From NCBI GenBank assembly GCA_030704615.1, contig CM060733.1:63798001-63862000 (forward strand): 64,000 bases of DNA, in the 5' to 3' direction. Below are positions 1 through 11,176 of the stretch, in pieces. The stretch comes from Takakia lepidozioides. Lineage: Eukaryota > Plantae > Bryophyta. Below the pieces are notes generated by a model that saw only the letters and a program-made list of their open reading frames with translations, was not told the origin of the DNA and did no database searches. The position numbers and the translations under genes are program-made. How positions within the stretch are numbered: the stretch's first letter is position 1; each line of letters starts with the position of its first letter.

Positions 1-2111
1 AAAAAGGGTGTTCCAGAAATTGCGGGAAGGGAAGTTGTATGCCAAAGCTTCAAAGTGCGAATTCGGGGTCACAAAAGTAGAGTTCCTGGGGCATGTGATT
101 ACACAGGATGGGATCAAAATGGATGACAGAAAGGTGAGGGCGATCTTGGACTGGGAACCTCCGACTTCGGTCCCGGGAGTGCGATCCTTCCTAGGACTCG
201 CCTCCTATTACCGGAAGTATGTGAGAAATTTCGCCAAGATCGTGGGGCCGTTGTCAAACCTCCTGTGTAAATCCAAGGTCTGGGTATGGAACACCTTTTG
301 TGGCCAAGCTTTTGCCGAGTTGAAGCAGCGGATGGCGGAAGCTCCAGTCCTCAAAATTCCGGAGTTTGACCGTCCATTTGAGATCCATACAGATGCGTCG
401 GACTTTGCAATTGGGGGTGTACTCATGCAGGATGGACGTCCAGTGGCTTACGAAAGTAAGAAACTGAATGAAGTGGAGCGACGGTGGCCTACGCACGAGA
501 AAGAAATGAAGGCGGTGGTGCATTGCCTTGAGCTTTGGTGCCACTATATTGGTTCCAACCCGGTGAAGGCGTTCACGGACAATGTTACGGTGAAGTATTT
601 TGCCACGCAGCCTAAGTTGTCCCCAAAACAAATTAGGTGGCAAGACACTTTGGCACTGTTCGACGTGGATATCCAGTACAAACCGGGACGAGACAATGTG
701 GTGGCCGATGCTTTAAGTAGAAAGCAACAGCTCATGTTGGTGTACAAGGGTGAGACGACGCTCCAAAAGAAGATCCGGAAGGCTTACCGAAAGGATGAGA
801 TGGCGAAGTCCGTGATGCGAGACTTGAGGATGGGGGTTAAATCGCAATTCCACTTGCAAAATGGACTGCTCCGGTATAAACAAAAGCGTCTCTACGTGCC
901 GAAGGGAGGGATTAGAGATAGCCTCTTGAGAGAATGCCATGATGACCCGCTTGCGGGCCACGACGGAGCCAAGCGCAACCGGAGCGAGTACAAAAAGCAA
1001 GCGGGGCTGTTACAACCCTTGCCGATTCCAGAGGGGTCTTGGGAAGTGTCTCGATGGATTTCATGACTGCTATGCCGCTGTCAAAAGGATTCGATGCAAT
1101 CATGGTGGTGGTGGATAGGTTCAGTAAAATGGGCCATTTCATTCCCACCAAGGAGACGGCAACGGAGCAGGAGACGGGGCGACTTTACTTCGCCCACGTC
1201 TTCAAGCATCATGGACTCCCGAAGGATATTGTCTCGGACCGTGATCCAAAGTTTACAAGTAAATTTTGGAGGGCACTTTGGAAGAAGATGGGGACGAGGC
1301 TCAAGATGAGCACCGCCTTCCGACCTACGACAAACGGCCAAACGGAAAGAGTGAATTCCGTGGTGAAGCAGATCTTACAGAATTACGTGTTGGCAGACCA
1401 ATCGGACTGGGTGGAACACTTGGATGCGGCAGAGTTCTGTTATAATAACACAAAACACTCCGCAACGGGAGTTTCCCCTTTCGTATTGGTCTATGGAAAA
1501 GCACGACAAGTTGGGCCGCCCAGGACGTTGAGGAACCGGCAGTAGCGGCGGTACTGGAAGAATACGAGCGTTTGTTAAAGCTCGCAAAGTACAATATTGC
1601 CAAAGCTAGGAAACAGTATGAAAGGCAGGCGAATCGGAAGCGGAGGGAAGTTAAGTTTGAGGCAGGCACGGAGATCTGGTTGAACATCAAGATTTTCCGA
1701 CTACCTCCGGAAGTGAGTCCGAAGTTCGTACCTCTGTATGTGGAACTCTTTCGCATCCGGAAGGTTATGAATGAGGATGTGTATGAATTGGAGCTGTCGG
1801 CAAATAGCAAGGTGCATTCGGTATTCCACGTCTCTCTTTTGAAGCCTTACTTCAAAGATGAAGCGCGTCCGAATCGACATCAAGTGTTGCGTCCGTCACC
1901 TGTGCTGTTGGAACACGAAAATGAACCTGAGTACGAGGTGGAGGCAGTGCTTAAGTCGAGGAGGTTCAAGAATCGAGAAACAGAGTATCTCGTGAAACGG
2001 AAGGGCTATCATCATGTAGAGGCATCTTGGGTGCGTGCCTCAGAAATGGGAAACGCATCCGAGGCGGTTGCATCTTTCGAAGGACGACCTCAAAAGCGAA
2101 AGAAGCGTTGA
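1..2111 (+). pseudogene. Ty3/Gypsy chromovirus pol 3' part (RT end, RNase H, integrase, chromodomain), frameshifted
   Basis: ORFs 8-1066, 1039-1545 and 1572-2111 show RT 'KCEFGVTKVEFLGHVI', RNase H '[12 protein letters not shown]...ADALSR', integrase 'MDF...VVDRFSK...SDRD...GQTER', a GPY/F-like region and chromodomain 'EYEVEAVLKSR...YLVK.KGY...SWV'. Frameshifts lie near 1040 and 1505. Confidence 0.95.
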
Positions 2112-2128
2112 TGGGGACATCAACCTTG

Positions 2129-2145
2129 GAGCGTGGGGGAGGAAA
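2129..2145 (+). other. Polypurine tract of chromovirus copy 1
   Basis: GAGCGTGGGGGAGGAAA lies immediately before the LTR start TG. Confidence 0.8.
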
Positions 2146-3750
2146 TGCATGCTTAGCCTGGCTTAGTTAGCTCATGAATCCGATTGCAAAAACTTGTATT
2201 GTACAAATTTTGTTATAAATGAAATGGTTCCCAAATGTTGTGCGTCCTATTTTGTTTGGAATGGTGATGCATGGTTTGTTTGGCTAGTGTGTAGAATGCA
2301 TGCTAGCTTACAAAGTGGGAGAGGTAAATTGGATTAATTGTGTGTTTGCGTAGTGCCAAAATCGGGTGACTCCCATCCAAGAGGCAAGGAAACTTGCGCC
2401 TTCTTTGGGAGTTCACATGCTAGTGTGCACCTGGCGCGTGCGCGTACTATAATTGCGCTACTGAGGGGGTTGCCTTGTAGTGCGGGCTAACGCGGAAGCT
2501 ACGTGCTTCCGTTCACATACTGTAATCGTGTAGCCTCGAGACGAAGTCGTAGTGCGGCTTCGGCGTGTTCCCGTACCTCAGGCCAGCATTCCAAGGCGGA
2601 CCCAATTGTAGTGATTGGGGGCGCACGGTTGGTTCAAGGTTATCTTCCTAGTAAAAAAGAGTTCAAGGTGAACCCTTGCTCAAGGTGATGCCAAAAGCGG
2701 CATCACGAGCGGTCGCAAGCAATGTTGTTGCAGGAAGGCGATTCGATCCTTGAGGATGATCGTTCCTTGGCATTGAAGTGGGCCAAGAAGAGTGCACTGG
2801 GAGGAGCTTGAGAGGCTCCACCCTTGGCCGGGACTTGGAGGAAGTTGGCCGAACTAGCTAGTGGAGAGTAGAGTCAAAGTGTGGGTTTTGGTTCTTTGCC
2901 AGGGGACGCCATGGTGCGGAAACAAACTCCTTGATGTGGGACGCCACAACTTGGATGTTCGTTTCTACAAAATGGACAAGTCGATGAGGACATCGACTCC
3001 CTGTTGGTAGGGGTGTATGTCGCGGCCCTTTGCCTTGAGGGCAGGGGGTCGGGACGCAGGGGCTGCCCCTGTGGTGGGGGCGGTGGCAGCAATAGGTACG
3101 GGGGGCTGAAGCACCCTTGAGTGCCCAAGGCACTCAAGGAGGCGGAGGCGCTCACTAGGTGGAGCCCGGCACACCGGGTTGCGGTGGGGGTGGCTCCACA
3201 AGGGGTGGAGGTAGCTTAGTGGGACTTAGTGGGACTTAGTGGGGGTGGCATAGGACTCACCATGGGGCGGAGACCTTGTGGTGGGAGTCATGGGGAGTCT
3301 TGGGACTCACCACGGTCCAATGGGGCCGTGGTGGGTGGGCCAAGACTCACCGCGACTCATCACCGAGAATCGAGGGTCTTCGTGGTGGTTCGCCATAAAA
3401 TGGCATGGTTGTTTGTAAAACCCCCGCGGACAGTCACAGAAGTATATATAGGGAGTAGTAACCCCGAGAACGGTGCAAGCCCGTTGGTGACCAAAAACTA
3501 GTGAGTAAGCGAGCGAGCCGGAAAGCGACCAAGAAGTGGGGAGCTATTCCGGACTGCCATCTACCAAAAGGAATTTCCACTAGGCCGAAATTGGTGGAGG
3601 GTCTGTTGGGGGAGAAAAGGGGGACCAATATGTCCCGGTGAGCAGCCAAAGCTCCGAGTTGGCCCAACGGCCAGGTTGGGAGTTAGGCGCACGCATCAAA
3701 GCGAGTAACTATGACTTGAAGGGGAGCTTACCGAAGTGAGGTGCGCGACA
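2146..3750 (+). mobile_element. 3' LTR (~1.6 kb) of chromovirus copy 1
   Basis: Starts TG after the PPT and ends ...GTGCGCGACA. Matches the reverse complement of 46539-48136 along its length. Confidence 0.9.
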
Positions 3751-4418
3751 CATAATGTATATAACTTGAATGCTATTGATGCCTAATCTTTGGACGAATT
3801 TGTTTCGACCAATTAATAGATATTTTTTATTGGAATTATTTAAAAAAAAAAATAGCATGCCTAAAATTTGCTAGCAGAAGCAAATAATAATTAATATAGC
3901 CTGCCAGAAAATATAGCATTTTACAAATTTATGTAAACATAGGATGGCCGATAAAGACCAAAATTAAAATAATAGCCCCTTATAAAATACCCTTTTTTCG
4001 CATGTGATACCTAAAAGATATAAGGAGTGACCTCCCCGAGAGCATGTTTTAAGGGACAGATCGTGCAAGTAATCAAGGTAGATGAAGGCCATTGCCGTGA
4101 ATGATAGATGGAATGTGTGTTAAGTAACGAACCGTGCACATGGTGCACCAAACAAACGAGATAACGGAGTGCGGGTGCTGCATGCAGACGCCCTACGTGG
4201 GGTCAAGATATATTTTCTGAGCATTTGCCATACCAAAGCGAGAGAAGTGACGTGATGTCAACCAAACAAACAAGTAGGATAACAATCCGATCTAGGTGTC
4301 ATGATATTTTCCTGCTTCTGCTGCGGCTCATGTAGCATCGAAACTGGACTGACGGGTTGTCTAATCAAAGATGGAACGGATAGATTTACCCTGGGTGGTG
4401 AAACAAGGCCCCCATTTT

Positions 4419-4430
4419 TGGTATCAGAGC
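4419..4430 (+). other. Primer-binding site complementary to tRNA-iMet
   Basis: TGGTATCAGAGC lies 4 nt after the LTR-terminal CA. Confidence 0.85.
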
Positions 4431-6282
4431 TGCTGATTGCGGCCGTTTCAAGTTCAAGCTGGTGCAAGAGAGAGCTGGCGATTTGGTAGCGCAATGGATG
4501 CACAGTTCTAACTATACAACTCAAGGGCCGGACATTGGTGACTTGGTTTTACGTATAGAAAGTTTTGGTCGCATCTCACTTGCAGGTTTGAATCCACTGT
4601 CTTTTTACTGTATGCCAGGAGATATAACAATTCGTATTGTGCACATGGGAGGAGGAACTTATGCTAAGGCATGGATCCTATGCCATGACCATAAGAGAGA
4701 AGACTCCGGCCGAGGCCGACATAACTAAGAGCCACTTCGCCTTACGGCTACTGCCCCCTTTCGGGGGTGGGCCCTATAAATGACCGTAACACTTAGGCAT
4801 ATGCGGGATATGATGCTATAAACCATACTGGTCAGTCATGTCCGATCAGTCCATTTCGGATGACGAATCTGAACCTAGGAATTAGCCAGTAGAACACACA
4901 CTGGAGGATGTAGATCCCGAGCTAGCAGCACTACACAAGCTTCCCGAACCAGGGGATATCTTCGTAAATCTGAGGCCAACGGGAAACACTAAATATAGTT
5001 TGTGGACAATGGGATAAGTAGTAGAATTCAATGAGGGGACGTGCTTATCCGCTTGGAGCACCAAGGTTGTACGTCTAGGATGCTTGTATGGGAAATAATA
5101 GACACAATCGATAGAGGTAGAGAGAGGTTGGTTATCAAATGTGAGATCCTGTCATACAAGAGCCCACTAAGAGGGATCGTTAGACACTGATAGCACTGGT
5201 GAAATATGCCAGGTCTGGATCAAACATCAGTGACTGAGCATCCGGAGGTTGGAGATGTTTTGATTACATATGGTCTAGATCCGTCACCATATACTAACCC
5301 AAGACCAGCGTTTTATCATCAATCGTCAAGAGCGCACAATGGAGACCTCTGCGTACGAGTCATACATGCTGGAAACCGGGTGACAGTAGTATTATGGGTA
5401 AGAGCGGCATATGTTTGGCTAATGGTTTCCGCCATGTCAAGAAGGGTATCAGTGAGCGGAAGAGATGAAATCCTTCAGAACGGTATCTGGAGTCCTAGTA
5501 CTAGAAATTAGAACATGGAAGGGTAGATAGAGTAGATTTGTCAATTAAAATTAACCAAAGAAAAACGACGTACCAAAATGGCTAGCCCATCAAGGGTGGA
5601 TGCACCCTATTATGGTAGGGAATCAGAGGATGTGGTTGACTGGATCAAGAAATTGCAAATGCCAGGAGATGTAAGAGATTTATCAGATGATAAGATATTC
5701 AAGGTGGCAAGGTTAAACCTCAAAGGTTAAACTGATGACTGGTATATGCATCAAAACTCGAAACCAGTAGATATGGCGGATTTAAAGATGAAGCTGGACG
5801 AAGTGAAGCAGGAACCAAAACAAAGGGTTCAGGCTTACTTTGACCGACTTAATCGGTTATTTGTCAAAGGGCAAATTCCTGAGTTGGAACAACGTCGAAG
5901 GTTTATGGGGGGTCTTAGAGAGATAATGAAGCTTATCCTAGGAACCCGATTTCAGAGTGTTGATGAAGCAGTAGAAACTGCCATGGAAGTGAAGAGAGGA
6001 TTATCCAAGATTGGAGAAACACCTTTCGAACCTTTGGACGGAAAAGACGTAGGAGAGGTTTTAGTGACTGGGCAGGTTGATCAGCGCCTATCTATGCTTT
6101 GAATCTCACACTAAGTAAGTACTTTGAAAAGAAGAATGTGTACACTGAAGGTTTTGGTAGTCAAACTCCAGTTCGTGGAATTCGTTTGTGTAACCTCTGC
6201 CAGCAGGAGGGTCATGTGGCTGCATATTGTCCAACACAGAAGACTCCAGTGAAATGTGCAAAATGCAATCACTATGGTCACC

Positions 6283-6779
6283 TGTCAAGTTATTTCACCA
6301 CTAGTGTGAAACTAGCTAGGAAATAGCTAGCTTTTACATATTGACATTTGGGATTGGCCCAAGTGTCAATCCAGGGTCAAGGCAGATTTAGGCCCTGGAG
6401 TGGTTATCTTTACGGCAAGCGCGGGAGGCTCATCTTTCTCGAGTTGAGCCTCACCGCGCCTAGCTATGGCGCCGTAGTGTGGATTCCCCATGGTGTGGGG
6501 TGCACTTGGCTTGACTTACTTGTATTTGAGTGATGAGTTTATATATGCACGAGTTTATGCTTCAGCTTTGTGAGCTCGCATGAGCTCGTGCTTGTATTCT
6601 TCTTCTTTATCATTGTGGTGGACTAGTGACTGCCATAGTGGGCAGCCTAGCGACTGACTAGTGGCAGCCTAGTGGTTGGACTAGTGGTGGACTAGTGGTA
6701 TACTAGTGTGTGGTGTGCACATGTGTTGTGTGGTTTTGGACAACGATGTAGTTGTGTAGCGATATGTATGCGCACGACA
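6283..6779. mobile_element. Solo LTR inserted in gag
   Basis: TGTC...GACA termini and flanks CACC/CATC (4-bp TSD with one transition). Homologous to 26732-27344. Removing it restores the CCHC knuckle. Confidence 0.9.
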
Positions 6780-9700
6780 CATCGGACAGAAACTTGTGGA
6801 ATCACATGTACCTTTTGCAAGGTTCTAGGACATTTCAAACCAGACTATAGGTTGAAAAAAGAACAAGGTGCAAATGCATTGCCTTCTACCAATCTGCTTG
6901 AGATTATGTGTGATGATGAAGATGTAGTCTTGGAACAGCTGAATCAGTTAATGGCACATCACGGGATCAAAGAGATACGTCGACTTCCCAAGATGCGAAC
7001 ACCGGTGGCAACCCCAAATCTCAAGGGAGGTCCTAATTTGCAAGGTGAAGACATGGCTTCATCACAGGAAGAAATGCCAGAGGAACAAGCAAGACCCCCG
7101 GGGAAATTCCTCTTCCCAAGAAGATCTGAAAAATACCTAGAATCTGAGACAGGAAGATCAAAAATACTGAATCATTTCTATAAAGGACGCATATCCATGT
7201 CACCAATGGAGGTCATCATGCACGTGCCAGGAGAGTTCGAAAAATTGAAGAGCCTGGTCAAGGTAGTAGAGAAGAGCAAAATGGGTGATTTTCTAGCCAA
7301 CCGAGTTCAACAAGCTCGGTAAAACTGACACCTAAAACTAGCAACAAGAATTTGGAAGCCATCTCTTATGTTTTCACCGGCAAAGTAAAGGCTTTGCATG
7401 CTCTGGTGACCATTGGAAACTTCCAAGTAATGGGCCAGATAGATACAAGAGCAATGATAGCAGCAACAACAGTAGGGGATTTGGGACTCATGGGCTGTGT
7501 GTTAACAGATCAAGACACGTCATATTGGGCGGCCTCAGGTGCTGTAGTAACAACAATGGGTGTGCTCGACAATCTGAAGGTCACTGTTGGGAACTAACTA
7601 ACAGGATCACTTTCATGGTAGTGGATACTGACACTTACAGTATGTTGCTCGGGCTAGACTTCTTGAAGAAGTTCGGGGCAGCAGTTGATACGGAAACAGA
7701 AACATCGAGAGTAAGATATGGACCTGGTCTGAATGTGACTTACTTCCCATTTCACACCATGAACCACCTAAAGCCAACCATTGGCAACTTTCATGAGTTC
7801 TGCAAAAACTTGGCTGTTGAGCCACTGGCTGAGGACACTCAGGTCCAATAGAGGTTATGGCAGTAGAACAAACAGCAGGTCTACGCGCCAGCCAAAGCCT
7901 ATTCACATGACCAATGGATGAGGATGGACTATCTAATTGTGCATCAGACATGAACGACAGTGAGAGTTCACACTCGACTGAGGGTTCTGATGTGGAAGAG
8001 GATGATCAAGGCTATAACTCTGACCAAGAGGCGATGGAGAATTACCTCAAGTGCCTGGACATATGGGAGGAAGATCTCCAGAACAACGGATATCCATAAC
8101 TGCTTGATGACCCCAGTTACAAGGAAGTGAGGGAAAGTTTCATCAAGGATGCCTACAACAAGATCTGGAATGGAGGTAATCGTACGAATCCAACCTCAGA
8201 TGATGAGCTGGAAGATTGGACAAAAGTGATGAACCAGCAAAGGAAAGAGGCTCATTTGGTTTACTTACATGCCATAGGGACTGATGACATTCGGATAGAA
8301 GAAGGCATGCAAACACCAGAGGAACAACAAAGGTGGGAAGGCATACGAAGTGAGCTCAAGTTCTCCCCTGAGCTTACTCTAAAACAAAAGCAGCAGATGA
8401 TAGAGTTGTGCAACAAGAACTAGTACAGCTTTGCCCTCAACAAAGCAGATCTAGGGCATTGTGCTATTGTTGAACATGAAATCGACACCCAAGGGTTTCC
8501 TGCCACAAGAACATCAGCAAATAGACTGTTAGAAGCTGAGGAGAATCTGGTGCAACAACAAATTGAGGCACTTATTCAACAAGGGAAGATGCGCATTAGC
8601 AGGTCAGAATATGCGTGTCCAATTGCACTACCATCAAAGAAGGATGGCAGTAAGAGGTTTTGTGGTGACTATAGGCAACTCAATCTCCATACTTTGAAAG
8701 ATGCCTAACCCATGCCCTTAATACAAGATGTTTTACAACAACTCGGAAAATGGTAGTGGTTTTCTGCATTAGACCTGCAATCAGGGTTTTGGCAAATCAA
8801 AATGAGAGATGATGACATCAAGAAAACAGCCGTTATGACAAAGAGGGGACTCTTCGAATGGTTGGTAATGCCCTTTGGCCTAAAGAATGCTACGCAACCT
8901 TCCAAAGGGCCATGAACATCATACTACATGATGAACTCAAAAGCTTTGCCAAAGTTTTTGTGGACGACATCAACGTACACAGTGCAACTTGGGAGAGGTT
9001 AGCTATTTCATGAGCATGAGCGGCATGAGTGGAGTAGTAAGACAATCGGTTTACATGAGCAGAAGTTCAAATTTTGGAATTAAAAAACATTAAAAATATT
9101 ATTTTAATGGAATGTGTCAAATAATAATAATATATTATTCATTGTGTGAAGCCGAAATTGAAGTTTTGGGAGCCGTGCTCATAATATTTTCTCTTGCGCT
9201 CATGGAAATTGCGAGCGACATCTATAAAAATGGCGCCGAATTTCGCGGTAATAGGTTCGGCAACCGAAGAAAATGGCGACGTATTTCGCGGTAATAGGTG
9301 CTTGCGGCGAAAAATGGTGCCGAGTTTGGCGGCAATAGGTCCCCGCATGTCAAGTGTGTTGGCCCAAAAATTGGAAATGTGGCGCCGAATTTCGGGAGAT
9401 GGTGCCCAGGACTGCACAAATGTTGGGCAGTTTCGGGCCAAGTAACTGGAAATTCGGCGCCATTTTTCCAGACATCGTTCCTGGACATGTTGGGACTTAG
9501 CCAGTTTTTGGCCCAAAATAGGGAAATTCGGCGCCATATTTCCAGAAATGGCCCCCACATCTGTACTATTGGAACTCAGTTTTTTGGAAGATCTGCCAAT
9601 TCATCCTGCCGCCATCTTATTATGGATTATGTTTCAACATTGAACTGCCACTGGATGTCAACAGATATCCAGAAGTCCATAATGTGTTTGAAAGAGATTA

Positions 9701-10634
9701 CTTTAATATTGCCTCTCTCATTCCTGGAGTTTTTGGGGTATTTTTTTCCTTATACTGCAAAACAAAGTCTAATGCATAAAAATGCAATTGAAAATATCCA
9801 TATGGTGGATTCCCTTTGCCCCATCAATGATTTCTGGAATCCCTGCCAAGGAATTTGTGCAGCTCGCTCACGCTCAACGCTGGTGCATGAACAAAGTCAT
9901 CAATACTCAAGTTCATCCTCAGCCTCTTCAGGTAAATGTAATACAGATGCTTGCACGGATAATACTTCGTCCCCTTCTTTGCTTCCATCAACGAGAAGTC
10001 AGTACAATTGCAGGTCGGCTCCACTCCGATTGTAATTGTGTATACGTCGTCACGTACAGCTTAGCCGGCCGTTGCCATCCAATAAAAACGCCCAAGGCCT
10101 GGTGCGGGTACGTCCCCGGAGCTCTGAATAGTGCAAGCCATCCCAAGAGCATTGGCAATCCGAGTCTCATTCAACTTGTTGGGAGGGTGTCGTCTCTTCA
10201 CTCTTCCGAATCGCATTGTGGGATGTGCAGAATTGTCCAATCCGTCTCTATTGGACCTCGCAGTCTGCAATGGCTAGATCTGAGGAACTGGAAATGGGTG
10301 GGCCGGGACGTCTGTGCGTTGCACCATTCAAAATCCTGCTACAGAAAGAGCATCCGCCTCATTCTGAGAGAGGTTGTAACCCGGTGCAACAGGCCAGACG
10401 CCGGGAGGCTCTGGCATTCCCTGAATCCCATACTTGGGCTTGCCAAATACACAAATCATTATGTCGTGCCTACACAACCAAAATGTCTGCGTTGTGGCGT
10501 GAGAAAATCTGGGAGTCATAAATCTGCCGCTGAAACAAGGTGTAGGTACAGCACCGTGTGCGTTCTCCTCCGAATCATCTCACCACAGCGTGCTCTTGTA
10601 CCCACCCGGATGGCGCAACGCTTCCCTCGAAATG

Positions 10635-10933
10635 ACTTGTCATCGTGTCCGTCCACCTTCTATGTGTATGTGTGATGGTCTTTGGTCTCCATGTTGCCTC
10701 ATCTATTTGGTTCATTAGCGTGATGTTGTGCATACATCGTGGTCTGTGTTCTCAGTCTCGCCCAGTATCATTGCTTCTCAATTCCCCCTGCATATAGGTG
10801 AACCACTAAAACCAGTAGAATGCATCAGAACCATATTTTCAGCTTAGAATGTAGGTCAGTTGGAAACTCACACAAATCACTACAAGTGCTCATTTTTCGT
10901 GCTTTCCTACTGTAGTGCAACCAACTAGCACAG
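10635..10933. other. ~300-bp unclassified insertion in the MULE copy 1 transposase
   Basis: Absent from the homologous position of copy 2 (~42900). Near-terminal TGTCA...GCACA, with no clear TSD. Confidence 0.6.
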
Positions 10934-10990
10934 TGGCAGTTCTTACAATTCTCCATTGTGACTCTGACACTTTTTCTCGACAATGGGTAT

Positions 10991-11176
10991 AAAAAAAAAA
11001 AAAAAATGGACGCGTTGCCGAAGCAAGCGTAACTTATGGTGTCACTTGACCCAGAAGGGCTACTGCCTTCCGGTAGGAAGGTGGACACCTTTGTAACAAC
11101 CAACAGGATGGTTTGAACCCACAACCACTCATAAGAGGGTATATGCCCTTACCACTGGGCTACATGTTGGTTGTTT
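10991..11176 (-). mobile_element. tRNA-derived SINE with poly-T tail
   Basis: 12-bp TSD GACAATGGGTAT at 10979-10990 and 11177-11188. Minus strand shows A box TAGCCCAGTGG, B box GGTTCAAACC, stem AACAACCAACA/TGTTGGTTGTT and a 3' T16 tract. Confidence 0.9.

Larger units (their letters stand above)
3756..8994 (+). mobile_element. Second, degenerate Ty3/Gypsy element (LTR end, PBS, gag with CCHC knuckles, protease, RT), 3'-truncated by a MULE insertion
   Basis: CA at 4413-4414 is followed by PBS TGGTATCAGAGC. Gag-like sequence starts ~5578, with knuckles CNLCQQEGHVAAYC, CAKCNHYGH/RTETC and CTFCKVLGH. Protease 'QIDT...LLGLDFL' at ~7430-7670. RT 'KKDGSKRFCGDYR', 'MPFGLKNA', 'VFVDDI' at 8630-8975. 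The LTR start is uncertain. Confidence 0.8.

Noticed and set aside
11085-11176. Functional tRNA gene
   Set aside because: It is embedded in a TSD-flanked unit with an extra body and tail, so it is a SINE head.
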